Shown here in pieces: positions 12,576 through 25,270 of a stretch of 64,000 nt of DNA. The position numbers and the translations under genes are program-made. Every line of letters starts with the position of its first letter. Position 1 is the stretch's first letter. The DNA is taken from positions 2,024,500 to 2,088,499 of the forward strand of contig NC_068992.1 in assembly GCF_001194135.2 (NCBI RefSeq), given 5' to 3'. This DNA is from Octopus bimaculoides (lineage: Eukaryota). The notes under the pieces are model-generated. The model was not told the DNA's origin. It searched no databases and was given only the letters and a program-made list of their open reading frames with translations.

Positions 12576-14499
12576 TAATTGTGGAAAATAGATGTGGTGT
12601 GGATTGCATCCATCCTGAAGAAGGAGGTATTTTTCAGTTTGATAAAAATTACTAGTTTTAATGAACACATTTTGTGAAATTTACTAGTTTTAATGAACGT
12701 TCTTTATTAAAAATTTTCAGTTTAAATAGTTTTGTTCTTCGATTTTAAGCAGAACCTGTATTCTTTCATTCAGCACAAAGGGGTATTTTTATGTTCCATT
12801 CATATATGGCTTTGATCTCTGGAGGATTTTCTATTAACTGCTGCAAGGGATGTTTTTCTTAAAATTCCCGATATGCGTTGCTAACTTCAAGTAGTTCTTT
12901 TGTTAGCGTACCTAAATGAAGCCTCATGCTTATAAAATCTGCTTATATATACCAATGTACATTTTCTCATTGGCCGCAAGCTCTGGTGTTGTTGTGGTGA
13001 CTTTAGCCATATACATAGCTGACTTGACAGTATATGCTTGATATAATGGCCATCACTATGGATTTCTGTAACTGCCAGTCCTACATCCAACACTTTCTTA
13101 TATAATTCATTGAATTATTATTCGTCATTTAGAAGAAAGAAAAGGATACAAAATTCCTGCACACCCATGTTTTCTTTTCTTTGTATATACTAAAAAGGAC
13201 AGAGATAATATGATTTGTAAAGTACCTCCTAAATTTTGTATGAATTTTTCATTTTGCTTTTGTTCTTGAAATTTGAAGAAGCGGGGAAAGTCACTGAGCT
13301 TCCAAATTCTCAACTCTCTTTCCCTCTCTCCATACCTCACTTACTCACTCTCTCTCTCCCTATCTCTCTTTCTGTCCTCTTTCTTTCTTTCTTTACTAAT
13401 ATACATACATTCATTTACGTAGGTATGCATGCATATAGGAATATATGTATGTATGCATGCATGCATGTATGTATGTATGTATGTATGTATACATGCATGT
13501 ATGCATGTCTGTATACACAAATATATTTTAGCCAGGAAGCAAAACAGAACTTTAGTGACTGATCGGTTGGAAGGAAGGCAGTTATCATGTTATCATCAAA
13601 CTGGAAACATGCGCTAAATGCTTACAAGAGAAAATTCAGCTAATACCAACTCAAATGTCATTTTGTAGTGGTAGACCGAACGATGGATTAAATCCGCTAA
13701 CCTCAAAGACCATGGCGGTATTTGAGTTCAGAGCATAAAGAAGCGAAACAAATAGCACAAACCATTCGATTCGACGTACATATCAGCGACCCACCGAGGT
13801 GTAGCTACATAGCCCACAAAACGGAATCGTCAGTGTAACACATTCATATGTGTGCTATTCAGTATAACTTGAATAACACATTTCTGAAAAGGTCACTTCA
13901 ATGTGTGTTGCTAAGCTTTCCCTGAATAGTGCACGAAAAGCATGTTTTATTGCATCTTTTCGCTGCTTTCGCTCATTCCCATGAGTCTCTGTCGCCTTCC
14001 AGTTCTGTTATCAGGAATTTCCATTGAGAGCTTGAGTCGTAGTGAATTTTTTATTAACTAATAAAACAACTATGGACGCCACCTCTACAGATGCATTGCA
14101 GTTACTTTCTTGATAAACCTAGAGACACCGTTGGCTCACTTGAACCCTTCCGCTACCTCTTCACAATCTGCAATGCCGCAATCCTATAACATCGCCATAT
14201 CAGTGGCAGGGTAGCTGAATGGGTGCTATACCTTGTCAAAGGGCAGCCCGTGACTATGTAGGTCACGGTCGTCGGTCGGTGGGGTAATTTCGAAGTACTG
14301 GCGTTTATTGCATAATATTGTAAGATTGAATATATTGAAATATGACGAAACAGTTGTAAGTTAAAGTAGTGCAATGATGTGTGAGCTCCATTCTTCTTCA
14401 TAGTTGGCATTATAAAAACTCTTAGGATATTAGTGGATATTTGTAGCACAAAAGATCTCCAGTATGTAAATTTACTTGATAGCCAATATCCGTGGAAAA

Positions 14500-14818
14500 G
14501 ATTAATAGCGTCCCTGCCTTCCTGAGCTAATTTTCCACGACATTTCTTTAAAAATGTTATAGAGGTCTTGCTCTCTGGACCACTCATGTCTAGAAACTGA
14601 GGTTGGGGGTAAGCAAGGGCATGCTCCGCGTAGAAAATCCAGCTCTAAAAAAGCCTCATCATAGCAAACGAGAATGGACGCCAGCCAGCCAGCCAGCCAG
14701 CCCAAAGGTTGGGGTGGGCTGCACCTGCCTACCTCGGTTGCTATGGCATTGAGGTAGATCCAGCCGACCACGTAAACGGGGACAAAACACGGATTTTAAA
14801 CACTGGATGATGATGAGG
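14500..14818 (+). mobile_element. Probable RTE-related non-autonomous retroelement ending in a (GAT)n tail
   Basis: agcaagggcatgctccgcgtagaaaatccagc motif and 3' end ccgaccacgtaaacggggacaaaacacgg...ggatgatgatga resemble RTE-associated SINE/LINE termini. Assignment is from resemblance only. Confidence 0.4.
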
Positions 14819-14863
14819 ATATATATATATACACGTATGTATACATATATATGTGTATATATA

Positions 14864-14905
<42 letters not shown>

Positions 14906-15804
14906 NNNNNNNNNNNNNNNNNNNNNNNNNNNNNNNNNNNNNNNNNNNNNNNNNNNNNNNNNNNNNNNNNNNNNNNNNNNNNNNNNNNNNNNNNNNNNNN
15001 NNNNNNNNNNNNNNNNNNNNNNNNNNNNNNNNNNNNNNNNNNNNNNNNNNNNNNNNNNNNNNNNNNNNNNNNNNNNNNNNNNNNNNNNNNNNNNNNNNNN
15101 NNNNNNNNNNNNNNNNNNNNNNNNNNNNNNNNNNNNNNNNNNNNNNNNNNNNNNNNNNNNNNNNNNNNNNNNNNNNNNNNNNNNNNNNNNNNNNNNNNNN
15201 NNNNNNNNNNNNNNNNNNNNNNNNNNNNNNNNNNNNNNNNNNNNNNNNNNNNNNNNNNNNNNNNNNNNNNNNNNNNNNNNNNNNNNNNNNNNNNNNNNNN
15301 NNNNNNNNNNNNNNNNNNNNNNNNNNNNNNNNNNNNNNNNNNNNNNNNNNNNNNNNNNNNNNNNNNNNNNNNNNNNNNNNNNNNNNNNNNNNNNNNNNNN
15401 NNNNNNNNNNNNNNNNNNNNNNNNNNNNNNNNNNNNNNNNNNNNNNNNNNNNNNNNNNNNNNNNNNNNNNNNNNNNNNNNNNNNNNNNNNNNNNNNNNNN
15501 NNNNNNNNNNNNNNNNNNNNNNNNNNNNNNNNNNNNNNNNNNNNNNNNNNNNNNNNNNNNNNNNNNNNNNNNNNNNNNNNNNNNNNNNNNNNNNNNNNNN
15601 NNNNNNNNNNNNNNNNNNNNNNNNNNNNNNNNNNNNNNNNNNNNNNNNNNNNNNNNNNNNNNNNNNNNNNNNNNNNNNNNNNNNNNNNTATATATATATA
15701 TATATATGTATTGACTATGACGGATAATGCTACACCTGCGAAGTCTTGCATGCATTAATTTCAACTTTTCTCATTAATAACTACTTTGTTTCTTTCCGAG
15801 TAAA

Positions 15805-16480
15805 CTGACATCTGACTGTTCACATTGCTTGAAGTAGATTCAGCTGGTTTTCTTGAAAGTTTTCTAACTCAGGATGAATGAGGGCTTAATCTCCTTGAGC
15901 CAGAAATAAAAAGACAATCCATGCAAAGGAAACACCATTTATCACCTGCTCCAAAGAAAGCCAAGGTCGTTTCATCTGCAGCGGTGATGGCTTCGGTTTT
16001 TTTAAGATGCAAAAGGCATTGTGCTTATTGACTATCTTCCAAAGTGCTACACCATCAATGGAGAGTACTATGCCAACATTCTGAAGCAGTTACAAAAGGC
16101 TATCAAGGACAAACGCCTAGAAAACCTGACGAAAGGGAACTTGTTTCAGCAGGAAAATGCACCAGCACGCAAGTCCTTGGTTTCCTTGGCTGCTGTGCGT
16201 GACTGTAACTTTGATCTGGTCAATCACTCTTCCTATTCTCCTGGTTTCACCGCATCTGACTATCAACTCTTTGCCAACATGAAAAAAACATTTGGCTGCG
16301 AACCAGTATCGCAGTAATGACGACATCATATCTGCTGTAGATGACGCTTTTGACCAGCAGAAGGAAAGCTTCTTCACCAATAGAATCCAGACATGGAAAC
16401 ACCGATGGATAAGAAGTCTGTATTGAAAAATAAACTTCCATCAGAAGATATTGCTTAGCCTACGAACTTTTCAGCCGACT
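15805..16480 (+). pseudogene. Mariner (DD34D) transposase relic, Himar1/irritans-like, catalytic-domain half
   Basis: Frameshifted translation: FLTQDE..., KKAKVVSSA.VMAS, GIVLIDYLPKCYTINGEYYANILKQL, LFQQENAPARKSL, HSSYSPGFTASDYQLFANMKK. These correspond to the TxDE, HxDNA and YSPDLAPSD motifs, with stops and shifts. Confidence 0.93.
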
Positions 16481-16491
16481 TTTGTGTGGGC

Positions 16492-16526
<35 letters not shown>

Positions 16527-17810
16527 TAATTAGATAGATATATTGATATACATACGTATATACATATAAGCATACATATATATACTGTTTACATAAGTGT
16601 GTGTCTGTGTGCGCGCGCGCGGTTTTGTTTACAAGCGACAGAACAGAGTATATCAATTCTAATTCCGTAAGGTTTCTTTTTTCAAAATCCCACCTTCTGG
16701 GCAGCATCCTCATCACTTAACGATGAATATTCTCCCAGTAGAATATTAAATTCTAAAACTATGCATTAAATACTATCTCTTGGTTTAGAAGTCTTCCCTC
16801 TGGTGATGCCATAAGATTTTTAAAACAAGATATATAAGGAAAGTCTTGGAGATCAAGCAGGGTACCATCAACGATAAGCTATGTGACCTTTCGATGACCT
16901 TTGATCGTTTTAGTTTACCATAAATATTTCATCCATCCCCCAAGAATACTGTAAAATATTTGTTCATATAGAAGACCCTCAAAAAGTCCATAAAGCTCGT
17001 GTCAGTTTATGAATGTAATATTCATAAACTACGTCTGTTTTTGAGGAAGATCCAAGTCAGAAAATTTCCCGCATTCTCTGTAAGCAACTTTACGTGTCTG
17101 TTCACAATTTCACATTCTATAATTACAAGGATCTATAAATACCTGTAGACATTGGTGAAGTGCCAAAAATTCTAAGTGGCTCGTTGGGTTACTGAAATTT
17201 TACCTTTCAGATCTCTATACAAAAAATTCCCAATTCGGCAGTAAAATAACATCACTTGGAAATTGTTGCCTCTCTTGGATATGAGCAGATTAAATTGATA
17301 ATGAAATACTTTCATTCCATAAATATTTCTTTATCGATTACATTTATTTCCATTAAATATTAGCATTGATGCTTCTGTGTCGGTATTTTATATCCGTCTT
17401 ATAGTGAGTTTCAAATTAAATTTTATACTAATTTATACAGAGAAAAGGAAGTCACTCGATATTAAAACAAAGTAGCTTTATATTGTAAAAAGAAATAAAG
17501 CTTATATTTTCAATTTAAGAACAACAAATCAATGATATAAATAAATATTGTTCACGTAGAGTAATAAGAATGTATTTAAATTCTCAATAAGCAGTATAGT
17601 CATTTATGTTACTGCAACAAACTCGCTGAAATTATTGTAAGAAACGCTCGAACAACTCTTCGGATGAACCAATTTAAGTGTTTCAATAATTGATATGAAG
17701 TAAAATGTACTCAATACTTTTTGATTGAGCTGGTGACGGCGTTGGAGACAACATGGATGAGGAAATTCTTAATGTAGTTCACAATGCAATGGTCAATGGT
17801 ATTTATCTTT

Positions 17811-18021
17811 TTTTTACTTGTTTCAGGCATATGATTGCGGCCATGCTGGGGGACCGCCTTGAAGAATTTTAGTCGAAGAACACGACATCTGTACTTATTA
17901 TTTTAAACCTGCTACTTATCGCAGCGTTCGTTTTTGCCGAAACGCTAAGGATACAGGAACGTAAACACACCAACACCGGTTATCAAGCAGTAGTGAGCGA
18001 CAAACACAAAGACACAGACAA

Positions 18022-18059
<38 letters not shown>

Positions 18060-18219
18060 CAGGTTTCATTCAGTTTCAGTCTACCAAATCTACTTTCAAA
18101 GATTTGTTGGTCCCGAGACTATAGTAGGAGACACTTGCCCAAGGTGTCCGCAGTGGTACTGAACCCTGAACAACGTGATTAAGAAGCAAACTTCTTACCG
18201 CACAGCCACGTCTTTGCCT
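17811..18219 (-). mobile_element. SINE family B, full length, with internal (TA)n tract
   Basis: Reverse complement runs from head ggcaaagacgtggctgtgcggtaag through ctatagtctcgggacc and an internal microsatellite to the 3' end ccagcatggccgcaatc...aaacaagtaaaa. Confidence 0.9.
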
Positions 18220-18514
18220 GTCAACAATATAGATTCCAATATATATTAGTTTTAAATTTTGACACACTGCCAACAATTTTGGGTAAGTCGATAAGTCCAT
18301 TATCTGAACTCAGAACATATAGTGGGAGGAAATGTTGTTTAATGTTTACAAAAAACGTACCTTATTAGGACAATAGTTACTCTTTATTGACTATTAGAAA
18401 CTGAGTACTTGTTTGTCATTTACGTGCAAAACTGTACCATAATACAGTAAAATGATGTGAATTAGCTAAAGAGTTAACACAGAGGGTTGATTAAAACGCA
18501 TTATTATTGTTATT

Positions 18515-18895
18515 GTGGTGGGGCAATGGCCCAGAGGTTAGAGCAGCGGACTGGCAGTACTAGGGTCGCAGTTTCAATTCCCAGACCGGCGTTGTGAGTG
18601 TTTATTGAGCCAAAACACCTAAAGCGCCACGAGGCACGGCAAGGGGTGGTGGCAAACCCTGCTATACTCTTTCACCACAACTTTCCCTAACGCTTTCTTC
18701 CAGTTTCTGTTGTACCTGTATTTCAAAGGGCCAGCCTTGTCACACTCTGTGTCAGGCTGGATCTCCCTAAGAACTACGTTAAGGGTCCACGTGTCGGTGG
18801 AGTGCTCAGCCACCTGCACATTAATTTCACGAGCAGGCTGTTCCGTTGATCGGATAAACTGGAACCGAAGTCGTCGTAACCGACGGAGTGCCACG
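18515..18895 (+). mobile_element. SINE with a distinct tRNA-like head and core but the family-C 3' half
   Basis: Head ggggcaatggcccagaggttagagcagcggact...gtttcaattcccagacc differs from family C. From tgtacctgtatttcaaagggccagcc (about 18712) to cgtaaccgacggagtgcc it is near-identical to 43495-43682. Confidence 0.88.
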
Positions 18896-18994
18896 GTTAT
18901 TGTTACTGTAGCGAGCAGGTTACAAACTAAACTGGAGGTTCTAACAAGATACCTTTCTTGTTTTCGCATATTTTAAATACTATGAAAAAGCCAC

Positions 18995-19145
18995 GGAGAT
19001 GAAAATTCTCACTGTAAATTGTTTATGGCAAAAATAACATCGGCAAAATTTATAACGGCAAAAAGTTTTGACAACAGAAATATGTTTAGTAAAATTTCCG
19101 ACGGCAAAAAGTGTTTACGGTAAAATAGCAGCCACAAAACTTAAA
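18995..19145. repeat. Degenerate tandem array of about 15-bp units (acggcaaaaW...), possibly the subterminal repeats of a DNA-transposon relic
   Basis: atggcaaaaa, tcggcaaaat, acggcaaaaa (twice) and acggtaaaat recur at roughly 15-30 bp spacing. Confidence 0.5.
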
Positions 19146-19469
19146 CGCCGGTTCTCATTAAAAACAAAACGATTTAGCAGCCAGTTCATGTGCGCACTGT
19201 TATAGTGGCAACTGTTTTATTGTGAGGGCGAAACGTACATTAATGGTCTACCTTTCTCTCTCCCTTTTCCATGCTTCCTCTCTATCACCTATGGAAAACA
19301 TACAGTATGTAATATTTAAAAGCTTCGGATCGGTTTGAAGAGGATATAACACAGCACCTGCCATATCCTCTTTCCTATTTTATTTAAACTTGTTATATAC
19401 ATGTAAGCGTCACATTTTGGTAGGAAGAAGAAGCGGTGAAGGTCATAATTCAAGTGCCGCCATGTTTAA

Positions 19470-20220
19470 CTCTGTAATATTTGAAGCTTTTGTGTTGCTC
19501 TACAACCTACACACTATACTAACCTATATCTGAAACGGGTAGAATAAGGGATGTTTAAATCTATATCTACCGTGTTTTAGAAAAGGTTGTAAGTATATTT
19601 TCATTAAAAACAATGAAGTTTTCTGAATCCAGGTGTAGGTTGAATGTTTTTTTTTGTCTGGATAAGAGTCGATTAAAAGAAATGATTAGTTTCATCGTTC
19701 ATAGAGCATCTATTACATCAGCAAAGATGATATTTAAACATCTTAATGGTATTCCAATGGGCGGTAAGTGTAACCCTTTGTTAGCAGATCTATGTGTATC
19801 TTCGTGTGAATATAGTTTTCTTAATGACTTATACCGTAGAAACTAGACATGTTTAATCAAATAACCTGACAGCTGCAGCAGTAATTCTTAACTAGTAATT
19901 TGGAGAATATACATCTCGTTGCGACTAGACATGGGGACTTGGGAGAAGAAGCTAACTGTGTTAAGATAATTTGTAAGGATAACAGGTTGTGATTAATATT
20001 TATAATAAAACTGATAACTTTAATTTTCATATTGCTTTACTTGCCCTGATCACTAAGGAGAGTTCTGCTAAAATTGAGATATAATGTATTTCCTAATCAT
20101 TAGATAAAGTTGGATTCTAAATGAGACTGGAGCATTTTCCGAAAGAATTAAAGATTAAAGATGCATATGGAATAAGACGTTACATTAGGAAACTAGTGGT
20201 TAAATGTTTATCTGTTCCTT
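19470..20220 (+). pseudogene. Penelope-like reverse transcriptase relic
   Basis: ORF 19613-19846 contains FKHLNGIPMGGKCNPLLADLCVSSCE (PLE RT motif QxxGxPMGxxxSPxLAxL). About 19995-20035 reads NIYNKTDNFNFHI, resembling the YDKRDDFNFxI thumb motif. Many stops. Confidence 0.75.
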
Positions 20221-20353
20221 GGGGGGACAGTGAAATTTTCATAAAAATCACTGTAGTATTTAGTTTTTAACTTACTATAGATCTAAGAAATGATAACATT
20301 GCATTAGTGGTGAATAAAATGCTGCTGTTTTACAGTTTATGGGTACGTTGCCA

Positions 20354-20580
20354 TGTTTTAACGATGCGTCCTGCCTAGCTCTTCGAAACGCCGGTGTTAA
20401 AACGGAGGTAGCTGATGAAGTAGAATGTTCTCTATGTGGCTTGGGTGTTTTCTCGTCTCTGTTTTGTTTGCAATGTCCTGTACCCAGATATGCACCTATA
20501 CATACAGGTGGGTGTCGGTATGCACATACCTGTACGTATATATGCATATACTCATTTACTATTTTTTTATATATATATAT
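20354..20580 (+). repeat. Family E short repeat, copy 1 (putative PLE terminal repeat)
   Basis: 227 bp with 3 substitutions relative to 21621-21847. Related to 54229-54420 and 60055-60216 (gaaac...ctgatgaag...tgttct.tatgt...cctgtaccc). Confidence 0.85.
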
Positions 20581-21620
20581 GNNNNNNNNNNNNNNNNNNN
20601 NNNNNNNNNNNNNNNNNNNNNNNNNNNNNNNNNNNNNNNNNNNNNNNNNNNNNNNNNNNNNNNNNNNNNNNNNNNNNNNNNNNNNNNNNNNNNNNNNNNN
20701 NNNNNNNNNNNNNNNNNNNNNNNNNNNNNNNNNNNNNNNNNNNNNNNNNNNNNNNNNNNNNNNNNNNNNNNNNNNNNNNNNNNNNNNNNNNNNNNNNNNN
20801 NNNNNNNNNNNNNNNNNNNNNNNNNNNNNNNNNNNNNNNNNNNNNNNNNNNNNNNNNNNNNNNNNNNNNNNNNNNNNNNNNNNNNNNNNNNNNNNNNNNN
20901 NNNNNNNNNNNNNNNNNNNNNNNNNNNNNNNNNNNNNNNNNNNNNNNNNNNNNNNNNNNNNNNNNNNNNNNNNNNNNNNNNNNNNNNNNNNNNNNNNNNN
21001 NNNNNNNNNNNNNNNNNNNNNNNNNNNNNNNNNNNNNNNNNNNNNNNNNNNNNNNNNNNNNNNNNNNNNNNNNNNNNNNNNNNNNNNNNNNNNNNNNNNN
21101 NNNNNNNNNNNNNNNNNNNNNNNNNNNNNNNNNNNNNNNNNNNNNNNNNNNNNNNNNNNNNNNNNNNNNNNNNNNNNNNNNNNNNNNNNNNNNNNNNNNN
21201 NNNNNNNNNNNNNNNNNNNNNNNNNNNNNNNNNNNNNNNNNNNNNNNNNNNNNNNNNNNNNNNNNNNNNNNNNNNNNNNNNNNNNNNNNNNNNNNNNNNN
21301 NNNNNNNNNNNNNNNNNNNNNNNNNNNNNNNNNNNNNNNNNNNNNNNNNNNNNNNNNNNNNNNNNNNNNNNNNNNNNNNNNNNNNNNNNNNNNNNNNNNN
21401 NNNNNNNNNNNNNNNNNNNNNNNNNNNNNNNNNNNNNNNNNNNNNNNNNNNNNNNNNNNNNNNNNNNNNNNNNNNNNNNNNNNNNNNNNNNNNNNNNNNN
21501 NNNNNNNNNNNNNNNNNNNNNNGTTTGTTTTCCTGTATTGCTTTTTGTCCGCCACAACATTCCTCCATGGCAAGATTTAATTTGTGTATACAAATTTAAT
21601 TTGCGGTCCATGGGAAGAGC

Positions 21621-21847
21621 TGTTTTAACGATGCGACCTGCCTAGCTCTTTGAAACGCCGGTGTTAAAACGGAGGTAGCTGATGAAGTAGAATGTTCTCT
21701 ATGTGGCTTGCGTGTTTTCTCGTCTCTGTTTTGTTTGCAATGTCCTGTACCCAGATATGCACCTATACATACAGGTGGGTGTCGGTATGCACATACCTGT
21801 ACGTATATATGCATATACTCATTTACTATTTTTTTATATATATATAT
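21621..21847 (+). repeat. Family E short repeat, copy 2 (near-identical to copy 1 across an N gap)
   Basis: Direct repeat of 20354-20580. The upstream flanks differ. Confidence 0.85.
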
Positions 21848-21880
21848 GTATATATGTATGCATGTATGTATGTATGTATA

Positions 21881-22665
21881 CCTGGTGAAATCAATAAGTA
21901 ACAGGACTGTTGCCATAGTAACACATCTAAAGCACGTAGAGTAAAGCTACTTGGTACATATTGACCTTAGACTGTGCTGTGCATGTGCTCTAAGATTTAA
22001 CGTTCTAGCTCACTTAAGCTGTTTACAGCAGTGCTTGGAAGGAACGTGTGTAGCATGTGGTCATCGCAGTGACCATGAATCGGCATCAAATTTTGCCAAA
22101 AGCTTCACGATTCCTGCTCAGAGGCCTATGCAAGGTTGCAGAAAGTGTATGGAGAGGAGTGTATGAAGCCGAAAATATGTTGATAGTGACGAACGTTCTG
22201 GGAGACCCGCAACCAGCAGAACAAAAAAAAAACATCGCAGATGTGCAAGCAGCTGTCAGAGGGAAATCGTCGAATCACCATCCGTGAGTTATCAGAGGAT
22301 GTACAGATTAGTTCAGTTCAGTCCATTATGACTGAAGATTTGAGCATGAGACGCGTGATTTGCCAAGTTTGTGCGAAAACTGATTTCAACTGACAACGCA
22401 ACAGTTTTTGGCTAGGCACAGCATACCTCATGTCCGACAGTCACCGTATTCCCCCAGATCTCGCCTCTTGCAACTTATTCCTCTTTACAAAAATCAGAAT
22501 CCTGCTTGAAAGGAAGATTTCAGGACGACGGGGAAATCAAAGTGAATGCGACGAGGAAGCTATTGATTTTCCCAGAAAACGAGTTCCAAGAATGCTTCCA
22601 TCAATGGAAACAGCGCTGGGTTAAGTGTGTGGCTTTCGAAGGGGTCTACGTTGAAGGACATTAAA
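21881..22665 (+). pseudogene. Internally deleted mariner element retaining the 5' TIR, DNA-binding region and C-terminus
   Basis: TA followed by TIR-like cctggtgaaatcaataagtaacaggac. Reads IGIKFCQKLHDSCSEAYARLQKVYGEECM and RRITIRELSEDVQIS..VQSIMTEDLSMRRV, then jumps to QSPYSPDLASCNLFLF...FQECFHQWKQRWVKCVAFEGVYVEGH*. Confidence 0.9.
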
Positions 22666-23100
22666 TACCGGATTGGTACGTGTTGTAGTTTTGTTTTTAT
22701 TAATGAACAAACCTTACATATATATTACAGAGTGATTCGAAGGCCAAGTGTTTCGTGCGTTGGCGCTTATCAAGTGTCATCGCACGAAATTTTTAGCCCA
22801 TGAGTCACTCTGTTGTTTCCGCTGAATATTGATAAGAATATACACATATTCATATTTGGCACACATCTGTTATGAAAGAAATTCATTAGCCTAATTCCCT
22901 CATTAGGCAGTCGTTGTGAATGTCTAAGAGCATCACCAATCTTTTCAATCATATTTACCAATATTTAAGCCATCCTTCATTTTAACTGTAGGCAGCAGCA
23001 TGTATATTTACAACTTGCTTCACTGTTTATCATCAGTAGCTTTGAAAGTTTATATTTCCATCTTGTATCATATAGATATGATAAAATATTATATATACTA

Positions 23101-23306
23101 AGGCGACGAGCTGGCAGATACGTTAGCACGCCGGACGAAATGATTAGCGGTATTTCGGTATTCCTGAGTTCAAATTCCACCGAGGTTGTCTTTTCCTTTT
23201 ATCTTTTCGGGGTCGATAAATTAAGTATCATTTGCGTACGCGGTCGGTCTAATCGACTTAATCCCCTCCCCAAATTTTCGGGCCTTGTGTCTACAGTAGA
23301 AGAGAA
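23101..23306 (+). mobile_element. SINE family A, full length
   Basis: aggcgacgagctggcagatacgttagcacgccggacgaaatg...tgagttcaaattccaccgagg...ggggtcgataaattaagta...gggccttgtgtctacagtagaagagaa. Confidence 0.92.
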
Positions 23307-23327
23307 TATATTATATATACTTATATG

Positions 23328-23378
<51 letters not shown>

Positions 23379-23452
23379 NNNNNNNNNNNNNNNNNNCGGG
23401 TGAGTGGACAAACGAAAGAAGGGCACTCAACAAATTTATAGGGAGTTATATG

Positions 23453-23611
23453 TATGGATCAAAGCAGTTTGATTCAAATTCGTTGGTTCTCCTTTGTTCC
23501 AAGCGCGATACTAACATTCAACCATTTTCAATTTGAATTCAAAATGGTTGAAGACTAAGCAACGCGCTGAATCTTACGATTGTCAACGAATTTGTATCAA
23601 ACTGTTTTGAT

Positions 23612-23616
<5 letters not shown>
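23453..23616. mobile_element. 164-bp palindromic MITE bounded by TA dinucleotides
   Basis: Terminal arms 23453-23485 and 23584-23616 match at 31/33. Inner perfect 12-bp inverted repeat at 23517-23528 and 23541-23552. TA at both ends. Confidence 0.85.
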
Positions 23617-23651
<35 letters not shown>

Positions 23652-23699
23652 GATAAAGCCCGTTTCTAGGATTCGGCAGTGTATATATTATTCCTTGAA

Positions 23700-23795
23700 T
23701 GGGATGCCGGTCATTTTTGGCATCCGAGTGGACCGAAGCATTGTGAAATGAAATGTTTCGCTCAAGAATACAACGCAATACTCGGTTCAAGAATC
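23700..23795 (-). mobile_element. SINE C/D head and core fragment
   Basis: Reverse complement contains gcgttgtattcttgagcgaaacatttcatttcacaatgcttcggtccactc. Confidence 0.6.
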
Positions 23796-23972
23796 ATAAT
23801 ACGTAAAAACGTAAATATAAATGTTGCGGTATCGAAATAATAAACGTGCCCACAACAAAACATGGGGTCTGAAGGTTGACATTTGATGTTAATTGCTAGA
23901 AGGAAGACTTTAGGAGTCTAAAATCTTAAGGAATGTTCTATGACATATCAGTGAATCATCGTTCGTAAGCGA

Positions 23973-24310
23973 GGGTGCATGGCTCAATAGTTAGAGTATA
24001 CGGCTTACAATCGTGAGTTTGAGAGTTCGATTCTTCCACAGGGCTGTGTGTTGCATTTTTGAGCAAGACACTTTATTTCACGCTGCTCCTATTCACTCAA
24101 CTGCAAGTATGAGTTGCAACGTCACTGGTACCAAGTTGTTTTTGCCTTTACCTCTCCCTTAGACATCATCGGTGGAGAGTGGAAACTGGCATGCATGAGC
24201 GGCTGTTGGTCTTCCACAAACAGCCTTACCCGGAGATGTGCCTCGGTGGGTAACTTTCTCGGTGCAATACTTTGGTCATTCGTGACTGAAGGGGCTCTCT
24301 TACTTTTACT
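23973..24310 (+). mobile_element. SINE family D (family-C-like head, different 3' half)
   Basis: Head gggtgcatggctcaatagttagag...gagttcgattc, core gagcaagacactttatttcacg and tail gtcactggtaccaag...gtgcctcggtgggtaactttct.ggtgcaat...ggtcattcgtgactgaagggg. Homologous to 56975-57319. Confidence 0.88.
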
Positions 24311-24389
24311 CATGAGGGAAATGAGCGGATTATGAAATCTTGCAATTTCTGTCAGGTTCACGATTATGATAGTTACCAGTAAAGACGTC

Positions 24390-25270
24390 CAGGCCTTATT
24401 CTATATGTGCACAATTTTTACCCATTTCTTTACTGTCAAGTGAAATGGAATTTATGGAGTTTCCATAACTACCCACTTCATATTAAACAACCCTTCTTCT
24501 ACAAAAATCAATTCCTTATAGATATATACATATATATATATCTTTAAAAGTGTTCTTTATGAGTGTGTAGCAACTCAACACAACAACCTACTTCAAACCC
24601 TATATTGCTTGCCAGCGTTACAAAATCTTTCTGTTTTTTTATGTAGACTTTCTAATGATGGAAAACACATAAAGTCACCGACATACGCAGCCATATGTTG
24701 TTTTTCTGAACGCTATTCATAACCGAGTCTTACATTTCATGCTATAACTCGGTTATGTTATTCACAGCATCCAAAATGTTGAACTTTTTCCAAATGTCTC
24801 TACTGCGGGTTTTAACTCCCTTTCAGTTGCTTTTATGTGTTTCAACGACCATCTTAGCTTATATCCCGAAAATAATTATCACACACTTTTCCATTGCCGA
24901 GGGTAAAGGAGTTGTGTTCTTTGGAATATATTCTATTACCACATTATTAGAAAGATCACTTTAGATCAATGGACGTTTACTTGCTTTATTATTTCAGATG
25001 AGGAATGCTTTGTTGGAAATATTACAATTGGCACTGTATTTTTCTTCAGAAGGGTAAAAATAGTTTGAAACTAATATGGGACATCCAAACTATTTTCTTT
25101 GAATCTAATGGATTAAATTTAATGTAGCTTTTAGAGTATTTTCAAAATGAAACATTAGTGAAGGTTAATTTTGATATCACCAGTAATATTTTTAGCCCAG
25201 AAGAAACATTAGATGGTTTTTAATGTTTAATTCCTGGTACTGATTTTCTTTCAATGGATAGGAAATCTTA
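24390..25270 (-). pseudogene. Tigger/pogo-like (DDE_1) transposase relic
   Basis: Frameshifted minus-strand pieces in the expected order: ERKSVPGIK, LMFLLG.NITGDIK, DSKKIVWM, NYFYPSEEKY..NISNKAFLI, SDLSNNVVIEYIPKNTT, RDIWKKFNILDAVNNITEL, YVGDFMCFP, DFVTLASNIGFEV, VELLHTHKE. Confidence 0.82.

Noticed and set aside
18995-19145. Regularly spaced short repeats as a possible CRISPR-like array
   Set aside because: The units are degenerate and near-contiguous, with no unique spacers, no cas genes and a eukaryotic context.
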